DNA of 64,000 bases from Methyloligellaceae bacterium (GTDB taxonomy: Bacteria; Pseudomonadota; Alphaproteobacteria; Rhizobiales; CBDHHC01): the NCBI GenBank assembly GCA_965263345.1, contig CBDHHC010000004.1, forward strand, positions 339,777 to 403,776, given 5' to 3'. Positions within the stretch are counted from its first letter, which is position 1; each line of letters begins with the position of its first letter. Positions 8,101 to 16,232 of the stretch are shown here, in pieces. The translations under genes were made by a program, and so were the position numbers. The notes beneath the pieces were generated by a model that was not told the origin of the DNA, searched no databases, and was given only the letters and a program-made list of their open reading frames with translations.

Positions 8101-8516
8101 AATGCATTGGTCAGTCTGGACAAACTGTTTGCAGATGCCTGTATCGGACTATATGGTTTTTCTAAGGAATTTATTAGCCTGCGCAAATAGTAGTCTGCGT
8201 AGTTTTTAATGTCCGGTGTCATTTGCGCATAGCCAAAATAACCTTTATCAGCGCAATGGGAATAGGACCTTAATGCCCTAATGAGATGTGTTTTCCCTGC
8301 CCCTGATTGCCCTTGGAACATTAAGATACGAGATTGTACCTGAGTATTTCCCTCAGTAATTGCAAACAATAAATCTAAATATTTTTTACGCGCGGTACGA
8401 TGCACCTGCTCTACATCAAAATAGTCCGCTTTCCATACATCGTCTTCCCAGGTGATATTATGATCAAAGACCCAAGAAGCTTGTTCGGAACACATTAAAT
8501 TCTGAACGCTGTCCAT
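5133..8516 (-). CDS. Double P-loop protein: N-terminal AAA-like ATPase plus C-terminal HerA/FtsK-like (DUF87/DUF853) ATPase
   Basis: GQSGAGKT and VFCIDQVE; then RHAAVLGGSGSGKT, IMFDEAD and RARSAGIGLMLATQSPGD (HerA signature). Confidence 0.85.
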   Translation of the reverse strand: MDSVQNLMCSEQASWVFDHNITWEDDVWKADYFDVEQVHRTARKKYLDLLFAITEGNTQVQSRILMFQGQSGAGKTHLIRALRSYSHCADKGYFGYAQMTPDIKNYADYYLRRLINSLEKPYSPIQASANSLSRLTNALVSDAELIPEEDLSKLRDEDLSNIDLARLIMNIADGIVSSDKFIDQELDINIVRALLYLQRNDPKIDQRIRQYLYGRHLNELSSESVAALDPNDGEDRSFEIIESIGRLMWTTEKAAMVFCIDQVEDLRFYDDAEERFQKAIRDLIQIANRVPSAIILISCLDDFYFQMREFLPQSFVDRIEKAGPVILRESRTEEEARLILKRRLKHIVSKSEDTTEAEVEQVFGDTFVNEMAGLSTRRLLEAAEIKRREICGEEIAEEDKIQKVSPTLMPDQQKENEVSMIQQKWEHFASAHEADIPSDEDELINILTSALLLSREEGMADTRVSVEPSWIEGVSAIDLTLEYTDMPTVEYRLFVCNKGSQGGGLKRQLEKVLCSTENKDSIILRTSDFPPSKKSATSDLLRQFNQDGGHTLVIPIYEWERIITLQEFRDANKSQTGFSDWMKVSRILKDLPGIRYLLRLDLTETTQPKSAQPIKMVENTADQTIQQVHHINGTSANGQMQNAESNIHHVDFANKSIDMENNDLVAEEQNGEQSEQQTEELVLENEIEELVSDPDKINVGRVIENKKEQVIFPVNTLKRHAAVLGGSGSGKTTLALNIIEQLLDREIPVILIDRKGDLCSYANPEVWEDDLSLSDERREIREKLKENLDVAVYTPGRISGRPISITLMPNGVADLPAHEQQQLANVSAAALSDMLHLGNSATHQRQGGILTVALRLLGAISAREVTLADLIGLLEDDHSEVVDETYRMDPSGKLRRDLVAQLDSLRHRNWALFEGGGEPLTMDSLLGLGKYARSDKTRLSVIYTGFLGDNENILFWVAQFLAEALRFCQRNPNEDLQAVIMFDEADLYIPANSKPATKEPLESLLKRARSAGIGLMLATQSPGDLDYKSRDQITSWFIGKVREDTALRKLKAAFTSETGIDPAAVLPNQKVGEFHLIQEGAIKSIKAERSLVQADQVPFDRIEDLAADTARHPTKRKRKNQLLFDFG

Positions 8517-8525
8517 TCATTACCT

Positions 8526-9596
8526 CTAATCTTCTACGCGGATAAAGTGCCACTCTGTGTTTTTATAACGCGTAACTGAATTCTGAATATCTGTAATATT
8601 TTCTTTGTCTCGCAAATCAGCAATTGCGAGCGTGAGATGCCCTGCTCTATGGGCATCTGTCAGCATGGATTTAAACGCATGCTCATCTAGTTTTAAATCT
8701 GTTTTTTCATTCTTTATGCAATCCCAAACATGGGAAATATATGCGCGTTTGTTTCCTGACCAACCTTTAGCCCGTGTTTTAGCAAGTTTATGAACGATTC
8801 CTGAAAACTTCACTAAATCCATAGATGTTTTCGGAAGATCATATGATTTTAATAGCAGGCTTTCATCTTTATTGACCTTCGTTTTTTCAGACCTATTTAC
8901 TAATTTACGAATTAATGCAAGTCGCAAAGCACTCGGATCTGCCTGTAATGAGCCGACAGCCTCTGCGGCAAGAAGTGTTAAAAGTTGGCTTGAAGTTTCC
9001 ACCTCTCGTGGTCTGTGTAACTTTCGACTGGCCAGAAATAGTGCCAACTTTTCCGGGACTCTAGAGTTTCCTGAAAACTTACTTTCTTTAGGTGCTTCAA
9101 AAGCTTCTCCGATCGTATGTAAAGCTAGCGCATTTCTTATTTGTACTGCCCCAGGTATTTCTGCTTTCAAAGGTAAGTTAAAATATTTTTTTACTATTGC
9201 AGCTCGAATTCCTTCAGCCATTTTTAAAGGCTTGAGGGTTTTTGAGGACCTTGACTTTAGCTCTAACGCTTTTGCTATCAGATAAACAGCTTTGAACTCT
9301 TTCCAATCCTTCGTCGGTAAAGTTTTTAAATTTAGAAAATCCAATACAGACTTCAGCCCATCATTTTGAGCTACAAACCGGTCTTTATTGAGAGTTCCGA
9401 TTAAATTTTGTTCTAACAAATTATCCAATACATCTTTAAGAGTTTGGCGCCATTCGCCTGGACTTAGTCGATGCGATACAAATGGTTGAATCTCATTTTT
9501 AAGATCAGAAAAGGTACACCCTGTATCCCCAGCACACAAAATACGCAGAACAATTATTCGGGCTAGGCTGGATTGATCAAGCATTCCTTCGCTCAT
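8526..9596 (-). CDS. Conserved hypothetical basic protein, putative DNA-binding partner of the ATPase
   Basis: 356 aa; winged-helix-like N-terminus (FSDLKNEI...LDNLLEQNLIGTLNKDRFV); 9-nt gap to the ATPase gene implies an operon. Confidence 0.75.
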   Translation of the reverse strand: MSEGMLDQSSLARIIVLRILCAGDTGCTFSDLKNEIQPFVSHRLSPGEWRQTLKDVLDNLLEQNLIGTLNKDRFVAQNDGLKSVLDFLNLKTLPTKDWKEFKAVYLIAKALELKSRSSKTLKPLKMAEGIRAAIVKKYFNLPLKAEIPGAVQIRNALALHTIGEAFEAPKESKFSGNSRVPEKLALFLASRKLHRPREVETSSQLLTLLAAEAVGSLQADPSALRLALIRKLVNRSEKTKVNKDESLLLKSYDLPKTSMDLVKFSGIVHKLAKTRAKGWSGNKRAYISHVWDCIKNEKTDLKLDEHAFKSMLTDAHRAGHLTLAIADLRDKENITDIQNSVTRYKNTEWHFIRVED

Positions 9597-10019
9597 GGTT
9601 TGCTTCCACTTCCCAGCTGATTATTCTGTTGTCATATCTTCAATGCTAAACATCTATACATCACTAGATGTCTGCTAATTCGCCCTATCGATCACAACTA
9701 TATATATTTTCCTTATAATTTACATCATGCATTTATTATGCATATCTGTAAAATCCTAAGCGCTTATTAACGAGCTTTGAAGAGATTAGATTTATTCATC
9801 AATGTGGTTATATATGTTGTATTTATGCAATTAATTCTTATAGCTGATTTGACAATAAAATCATATACGCAGGGCTTGATTGATACACAAAAAAATGCGT
9901 TTTTTTCTTCATTTACAATATACTGAAGACAATTATTAACATTTTTAAAGAATTATTTTGTAGATAACCAACTACAAAACATAATTGGTTATCATGACAA
10001 ATATCATTGTGTCATTTGC

Positions 10020-10283
10020 TTAGTTTGGTAAGATATTCTTAATATTTGATGGCCCCATTTGCTCAGCTTCCTCAGCAACTTCAAGAGCTAAACGACGCAT
10101 CTCTCTTAATTGTTTTGAAACAAATTTCAGAAATGGAGCAAATTGCTCAGTTATTTTATCTTTTGAAAGTTCATCTTCTATTTGATCTAAAAGATAAATA
10201 ACTTCTGGTACAGTTAGGGGGGTAGTTTTAGATAAACGTATTTCCTTATAATAGTCTGGAAACATAAGACGCCTCGTTTTCAT
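10020..10283 (-). CDS. Hypothetical protein (87 aa, helical)
   Basis: ORF with protein-like composition; no family recognised. Confidence 0.55.
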   Translation of the reverse strand: MKTRRLMFPDYYKEIRLSKTTPLTVPEVIYLLDQIEDELSKDKITEQFAPFLKFVSKQLREMRRLALEVAEEAEQMGPSNIKNILPN

Positions 10284-10533
10284 TGTTACGCATTACTTTA
10301 CAAATTTACTAGAGGGCCGCAGATAATCGTCTTACTACTTTGATAAATTTCAGAGGATTACTTTGCAATTTTTGTCACAAAGCATAATAGTTTCCTAGAT
10401 TTATCACAGTCAATAATTACAAACGGATAATCTACCTTCCTTTAGATGCCGCATTAAAGACTTTATCAATGGAATTATTGTTTGCATACTGTAGTGTTCT
10501 TTAGGTCACACAGATAAAGTTAAAATTTTAATC

Positions 10534-11253
10534 TTATTTCAGAGATTTTCCTATTAATCCCAATATACATGCCTTTGCTACCGCTTGTGTTCTGTTTTGC
10601 ACGCCAAGCTTATGTATCGCATTTGATATATGAAATTGAACAGTTTGCTCTGTTCTTTCCAAGAAGTTTGCAATTGACTTTGTTGATTCAAAGCTTAAAC
10701 ACAATTCAAGGCACTCAATTTCTCTTGGTGTCAGCATAGCATCAACAACGTTATCATATTTAACACCATGAATATTATCAAACTTATTCATGTTCAGCCA
10801 GAATTGCATACATTTTGCGTTTATGTATGGAAGATCATCTTTGCAAACATCCGAATTATTATCACCAGTTAAGAAGATTATTGACTGTTCTTTTTCTGTG
10901 GAGGGCAAAGGAATTGCTATGCCAGTGGTCGCACCAACTTTTTCAAAACTTTCAACGATTTTTCTGTGATTATTGTCCAGACTTTCTTGGTTAGGTATAT
11001 TATTCCAAAATAAAGGACGCGGAGTTTGTTTCAAATATTCGAAAACAATATTTGTTTTCAAATAAAATTCAGCGATTTCTTCATCCATGTGTGCGACGGG
11101 TATGGCCACTAATCGACCCTCTTTGGTTCTAAACAATACAAGGTTATTAAACCCATATCCTTGCATGCTTTTAGTAAATAGTTGAACCAAAGACGAAAAT
11201 GTACTTGCACACTCTGTAATTTTAACAAAGTCTTCAAATACTTCTACTGACAT
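10534..11253 (-). CDS. LuxR-family regulator with autoinducer-binding-like domain (LuxR solo)
   Basis: C-terminal LTPREIECL...IA..L..TEQTVQFHISNAIHKLGVQNRTQAVA; N-terminal PLFW and GIAIP motifs; GAGG RBS. Confidence 0.88.
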   Translation of the reverse strand: MSVEVFEDFVKITECASTFSSLVQLFTKSMQGYGFNNLVLFRTKEGRLVAIPVAHMDEEIAEFYLKTNIVFEYLKQTPRPLFWNNIPNQESLDNNHRKIVESFEKVGATTGIAIPLPSTEKEQSIIFLTGDNNSDVCKDDLPYINAKCMQFWLNMNKFDNIHGVKYDNVVDAMLTPREIECLELCLSFESTKSIANFLERTEQTVQFHISNAIHKLGVQNRTQAVAKACILGLIGKSLK

Positions 11254-11511
11254 TTTATGTCCTCAAACTATTTCGTTCGGTACTAAAAATTACAAGCAGA
11301 CAATTTTCCCACACAAACCTGCTTAAGTTGTATTCAATTCTTAATATTCACTTATATAGTGTTTTTATCAATAAAAAAATGATGTTTTTACTTTTTTCTA
11401 ATTCATACTCTTTTTTCATTCCCCCTCTATGACTTCATTAAGTAATGTCAAATAATATTAACGTACGTTATTTTAATATTAACTATAAAAAACTATAAAC
11501 CAAATATATTT

Positions 11512-12174
11512 TTGGAGATAAAAATTGTGAAATATGTTTTATACTTTACTACATTAAACTTAATCTATTTTATTCTCCCTGCATGCAGCTTGCACGTTTC
11601 TCCAAAAAATCTAAAATATACTCAATCATCGAACGATAATAACACCAATAAATCAGAAGGTTATAAGAACTATTCCAAGTATACCTCTATTGAACATCCT
11701 GAGAATAAAGCCCAAAAGATCCTTCCTCACAAAAATAATAGCAAAGTAAAGACTTTATCTAAGAGTATTGAAATACCAGTATTCAATAAAAAAATTGCTT
11801 TGGATAAAATTAATACTTACAGAAAAAAAATGGGTCTTAATTCATTAAAGTTGGACAAAAATCTTGTAACAGCTGCCCTTAATCATTCGAACGACATGGC
11901 GAATTCAGATTTGGTTTCACATTTGGGGTCAGATGGTTCAGATCCTTGGAAACGCGTTTTAAGAACAGGTTACCCTGCTGAAATAGCTGCAGAAAACATA
12001 GGTGCAGGGCAATATAATTTTGAAAACCTTCTAGATGCATGGAAGAAAAGTCCTGGTCATAACAAGAATCTTTTGCTTACAGAGGCTGAGGATATTGGGT
12101 TGGCACTTGTCCATAATAAATATTCCAGAATGAAAACATACTGGACACTTATACTTGCAAAAAAGAGACAATAA
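11512..12174 (+). CDS. CAP (SCP/Tpx-1/PR-1) domain protein, probable lipoprotein
   Basis: INTYR..GL..L, H..DM....SH.G, AENIG, WKKSPGH.KNLL and YWT motifs; LPAC lipobox-like. Confidence 0.88.
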   Translation: MEIKIVKYVLYFTTLNLIYFILPACSLHVSPKNLKYTQSSNDNNTNKSEGYKNYSKYTSIEHPENKAQKILPHKNNSKVKTLSKSIEIPVFNKKIALDKINTYRKKMGLNSLKLDKNLVTAALNHSNDMANSDLVSHLGSDGSDPWKRVLRTGYPAEIAAENIGAGQYNFENLLDAWKKSPGHNKNLLLTEAEDIGLALVHNKYSRMKTYWTLILAKKRQ

Positions 12175-12417
12175 TTCCAAATTAAGCAGATTAAACAGCT
12201 GTTAATTTCCTGTGGAATAAATTGTAAAGCAAATAATTTTCTAGAACATTTGTGTTTATCAGTCTTCACCCCTTTGGTTTATGTCTAAACAAATACAAAT
12301 CATTCTAAACAAAATACATATTAATTAGGTATTTACTCTAGAGAATCTCTTTTGTTTGTGGCAAATCCTAAAGACGAACAAGATGGTAAGACAGATATTC
12401 CTGCAGGAGCCCCTTAT

Positions 12418-13479
12418 ATGAATGATATCTCCATAGACGATTCATTTAAACCTAATTTAAATCATATCCCCAGAGGTCACCCTCATGTCCCCATTGGCCG
12501 CGTTGGTGTTCTTCTTATTAATCTTGGCACTCCAGATGCTACTGACTATTGGTCCATGAGAAGATATTTGAAGGAGTTTTTATCCGATAGACGGGTTATA
12601 GAAGTCAATCCAATCGTGTGGTGGTTTATATTAAATGGTATCATTCTAACTAAAAGACCGTTTTCTTCTGGCGAAGCATATCGTTCAATCTGGAATAATG
12701 AACTTGACGAATCTCCGCTGAGAACAATCACCCGAGCGCAATCCGAAAAAGTTTCTGAGGCTTTTAATAATTATGACAATATCATTGTTGATTGGGCCAT
12801 GCGCTATGGTACTCCTTCAATTGCACATGGTATTGAAAGTCTTAAAGATAAGGGTTGTGATCGAATATTGTTATTTCCACTCTATCCGCAATATGCAGCC
12901 CCAACAACCGCTACGGTTTATGATAAAGCTTTTGATGTTCTGAAAAAAATGCGCTGGCAACCTACAATTAGAGGTGTGCCTACTTATCATGATGACCCAG
13001 ATTATATTCGAGCTCTGGCAATTTCATTGAGACTTTCCTTATCTCAACTTTCCTTTAAACCTGACATTATTCTTGCATCTTTTCACGGTCTGCCAAAGGA
13101 ATATTTTGATAAGGGCGACCCTTATCATTGTTACTGTGCCAAGACAGCACGTCTTTTAAGAGAAGCACTTGGTATGGATGAAAATCAATTGCGCTTAACT
13201 TTCCAATCTCGATTTGGAAAAGCAGAATGGTTACAACCATATACTGACAAAACAGTTGAAGCTCTTGCTAAAGAAGGTGTTAAAAACCTCGCGATTATTA
13301 CGCCCGGCTTTGCTTCTGATTGTGTTGAGACATTAGAAGAAATTGCTGAAGAAAATGGAGATATCTTTAAAGAGAATGGTGGCGAGAATTTTGCAGCAAT
13401 ACCTTGTCTAAATGATACCGAAGCTGGAATCCGAGTTCTTGTTAATATTATCAAGCGAGAGTTAGGTGGTTGGATTTGA
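12418..13479 (+). CDS. hemH: Ferrochelatase
   Basis: GVLLINLGTPD, LFPLYPQY, SFHGLP, FQSRFG..WLQP and DCVETLEE motifs. ATG at 12418 preferred over TTG at 12352. Confidence 0.96.
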   Translation: MNDISIDDSFKPNLNHIPRGHPHVPIGRVGVLLINLGTPDATDYWSMRRYLKEFLSDRRVIEVNPIVWWFILNGIILTKRPFSSGEAYRSIWNNELDESPLRTITRAQSEKVSEAFNNYDNIIVDWAMRYGTPSIAHGIESLKDKGCDRILLFPLYPQYAAPTTATVYDKAFDVLKKMRWQPTIRGVPTYHDDPDYIRALAISLRLSLSQLSFKPDIILASFHGLPKEYFDKGDPYHCYCAKTARLLREALGMDENQLRLTFQSRFGKAEWLQPYTDKTVEALAKEGVKNLAIITPGFASDCVETLEEIAEENGDIFKENGGENFAAIPCLNDTEAGIRVLVNIIKRELGGWI

Positions 13480-13720
13480 TCTCCCTATCCTGGTCCTATT
13501 TTAAGTCCTCTTTCTGTCTTAATGGTATATCTTGAATTTTCCATGCCTTATTAATTACCAAATCATTAATCATGGTTTGGTAATCTACTTTCGATTTATA
13601 AAAATTTATATCTTTCATATGTTTTTACAGATAAATTAACCTTTAACTTGCTAATTACTCTTATATTTCTCGTTACATTTCCTACATCTAACTTAATGAA
13701 ATAATTACTGGTGGATTAAC

Positions 13721-14671
13721 ATGTTTGAATTTAATATTCTTGTTTTTGTTCTTATCGCTTTTGTTGTGGTTCTGGTTTTTTCCGCAGTTAAATTTGTTCC
13801 CCAAGGTTATAACTACACAGTCGAGAGGTTTGGAAAATATACTGTCACTCTTGAGCCTGGCCTTGGCATCATCATTCCATTTATGGACCGTATTGGCAAA
13901 CAAATGAACATGATGGAACAAGTCTTAGATGTTCCAAGTCAGGAAATTATTACAAAAGATAATGCCATGGTTCAGGTTGATGGCGTCGTCTTTTTCCAAG
14001 TTCTGAATGCTGCAAAAGCCTCTTATGAAGTTAATCAATTACAACGTGCAATATTAAATCTCACAATGACCAATATTCGTACCGTCATGGGATCAATGGA
14101 TCTTGATGAATTGCTCTCTCAACGTGACGAAATTAATGCGCGTCTACTTACAGTCGTTGATGATGCAACTGAATCCTGGGGTGTAAAAGTTACGCGAATT
14201 GAAATTAAAGATATCGCTCCACCACGAGATCTGGTTGATGCAATGGCACGGCAAATGAAGGCGGAACGCGAAAAACGAGCTAATATTTTAGAAGCTGAAG
14301 GAGAGCGTCAATCTGAGATCCTTAAAGCAGAAGGCGAGAAACAAGCACAAATTCTTGCCGCTGAAGGCCGAAGAGAGGCAGCATTCAGAGATGCAGAAGC
14401 CCGCGAACGAGAAGCACAAGCAGAAGCAAAAGCTACTCAGATGGTCAGTGAAGCTATTTCTAAAGGTGATGTTCAGGCGATTAATTACTTTGTTGCCAAT
14501 AATTATGTTGATGCTCTTAAAAGCCTTGCCTCAGCAAGAAATCAGAAAGTTTTAATGCTACCTCTTGAAGCTTCATCTGTTATTGGATCTATTGCTGGCC
14601 TCGCTGAAATCTCTAAGGAGGCTTTCAATAAAAATGATAAAGGTTCAGGTGGTTCCGTTCCATCCGTATAA
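13721..14671 (+). CDS. qmcA: SPFH/band-7 (stomatin-like, QmcA) protein
   Basis: VERFGKY...[27 protein letters not shown] and [10 protein letters not shown] motifs. Confidence 0.92.
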   Translation: MFEFNILVFVLIAFVVVLVFSAVKFVPQGYNYTVERFGKYTVTLEPGLGIIIPFMDRIGKQMNMMEQVLDVPSQEIITKDNAMVQVDGVVFFQVLNAAKASYEVNQLQRAILNLTMTNIRTVMGSMDLDELLSQRDEINARLLTVVDDATESWGVKVTRIEIKDIAPPRDLVDAMARQMKAEREKRANILEAEGERQSEILKAEGEKQAQILAAEGRREAAFRDAEAREREAQAEAKATQMVSEAISKGDVQAINYFVANNYVDALKSLASARNQKVLMLPLEASSVIGSIAGLAEISKEAFNKNDKGSGGSVPSV

Positions 14672-14692
14672 TATTGAATTATCAGATTTTGA

Positions 14693-15184
14693 TTGATGTT
14701 CATTTCGTTCGTCACTAAGGAGAGTACTTTGTCACTATCGCTTCTTACTGAATACCTAAACCAATTTGGGGCCTGGACATGGTTCATATTAGCGGGGCTT
14801 CTATTTATTTTTGAGTTCCTGTTGCCGGGGTTCTATTTATTGTTTTTTGGCTTATCCGCGCTTATTACAGGTCTTATCACATATTTCGTTGATATTAACT
14901 GGCAGTTACAAGCGATTATATTTTCGGCAATATCTGTCATAAATATCTATGTCGCACGGATATTCTGGAATCCAGATGTTGAGAGCGATGAACCACTCTT
15001 GAATAAACGCGGCCAACAATATATTGGGCGGAGCTTTACGCTCGCTACACCTCTTACAAATGGACGTGGGAAAGTTAAAGTAGGAGATAGTTTTTGGCCT
15101 GTCAGTGGGCCAGACTTACCTGAGGGTGCGACCGTTAAAGTTGTTAACTTAGATGGCTCCACATTGGTGGTCGTAGAAAATTAA
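14693..15184 (+). CDS. NfeD-family (YbbJ-like) membrane protein
   Basis: Three TM segments plus LNKRGQQYIG...GRGKVKVGDSFW.V.G OB fold; typical partner of SPFH genes. Start may be downstream. Confidence 0.88.
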   Translation: MMFISFVTKESTLSLSLLTEYLNQFGAWTWFILAGLLFIFEFLLPGFYLLFFGLSALITGLITYFVDINWQLQAIIFSAISVINIYVARIFWNPDVESDEPLLNKRGQQYIGRSFTLATPLTNGRGKVKVGDSFWPVSGPDLPEGATVKVVNLDGSTLVVVEN

Positions 15185-15194
15185 TATTTCTTGT

Positions 15195-15232
15195 ATATGT
15201 CCCATAACCCAATCTGGAGTTATGGGACATAT
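15195..15232. terminator. Bidirectional terminator hairpin
   Basis: ATATGTCCCATAAC...GTTATGGGACATAT, 14-bp stem between convergent genes. Confidence 0.75.
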
Positions 15233-15254
15233 GATATTTGAATAAAGTCGTTCT

Positions 15255-16106
15255 TTATCTTTTCTTCAACCAAACATCAGCAAGTTCTACTTTTTGGCCA
15301 TTCACTAATGTTACTGATGCGCCAACGCGTGTCTGGATATCATTTCCAAACTGATCTTGTGTGAAAGAGTCTGTTCCCTGTTGGCCGAAATCAACTTCCT
15401 GGATGACATCAGTCAGACTTAACAACTTACCATTCTCGCCTATGCCAGTTGTAAACTGAATACCAGCCTGCTCCAATTTTAACAGATCAGCATGATCCAG
15501 GATATTGTCATTTCCACCAATTAAGTTGAGGTCTCTGGCGAGAGCTTCTAAAGCTACAAAACCGTCTTTGTGACCATCAACAATACCATCTCCATTTAGA
15601 TCTGTCTTATCTCCAAACAACTCAGTGTTGTCATCAACTTTACCATTGTTGTTATTGTCAATTGCAAAATAGAATCCTTGAAGATTATTGACTGTATCCG
15701 CAACACCATCAGCGTCTACATCAAATTGAACAAGTTCACTACTGGTTAGATTCCCATATGGATTAAAGCCTAATGGAGAACCATCGCCATCATCTCCACC
15801 ATCACCGTCATCACCTCCTTGATCTTCAGGCTCTGGCGGGCTCTCTGGCTCTGGTTCTGAAATTGATTCTTCGATTTGCTCAGGCATTGGCTGTTCTGGC
15901 TCATGACAACAGCATGGAGGAGGTGGAGGGGGCGGACAACAACAGCTATGAGGTAATGTATCTGAAACGCTTGTTTGACTGTTCATACCACCTGACATTC
16001 CACCGATTTTACCGTCTTTGTTTATGTCAAGCTTTAATACATTCTCGAAAAGGTCAATTATCTTGTTTGCTAGCTCCATGTGGGAACCATTTAGTTGTCC
16101 AACCAT
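15255..16106 (-). CDS. Acidic Ca-binding protein with Cys/Pro-rich linker and C-terminal FrpC self-processing-module-like domain
   Basis: DxDxDG-type loops; DNNNNGKVDDNTELFGD..DGFVAL..LADVW pattern; CCCPPPPPPPCCC. ATG at 16106 (GTG at 16112 alternative). Confidence 0.7.
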   Translation of the reverse strand: MVGQLNGSHMELANKIIDLFENVLKLDINKDGKIGGMSGGMNSQTSVSDTLPHSCCCPPPPPPPCCCHEPEQPMPEQIEESISEPEPESPPEPEDQGGDDGDGGDDGDGSPLGFNPYGNLTSSELVQFDVDADGVADTVNNLQGFYFAIDNNNNGKVDDNTELFGDKTDLNGDGIVDGHKDGFVALEALARDLNLIGGNDNILDHADLLKLEQAGIQFTTGIGENGKLLSLTDVIQEVDFGQQGTDSFTQDQFGNDIQTRVGASVTLVNGQKVELADVWLKKR

Positions 16107-16232
16107 ATTCACACCTTGTTGTTATGACTATTTTTATCAACTCTGTTGCAAATACTAATACCTTTGTGAAGAAAGATATATTGTGGTTGACTACTTACTC
16201 ATCTAGGTAATTACGTAGTGGCTTAAGGTAAT

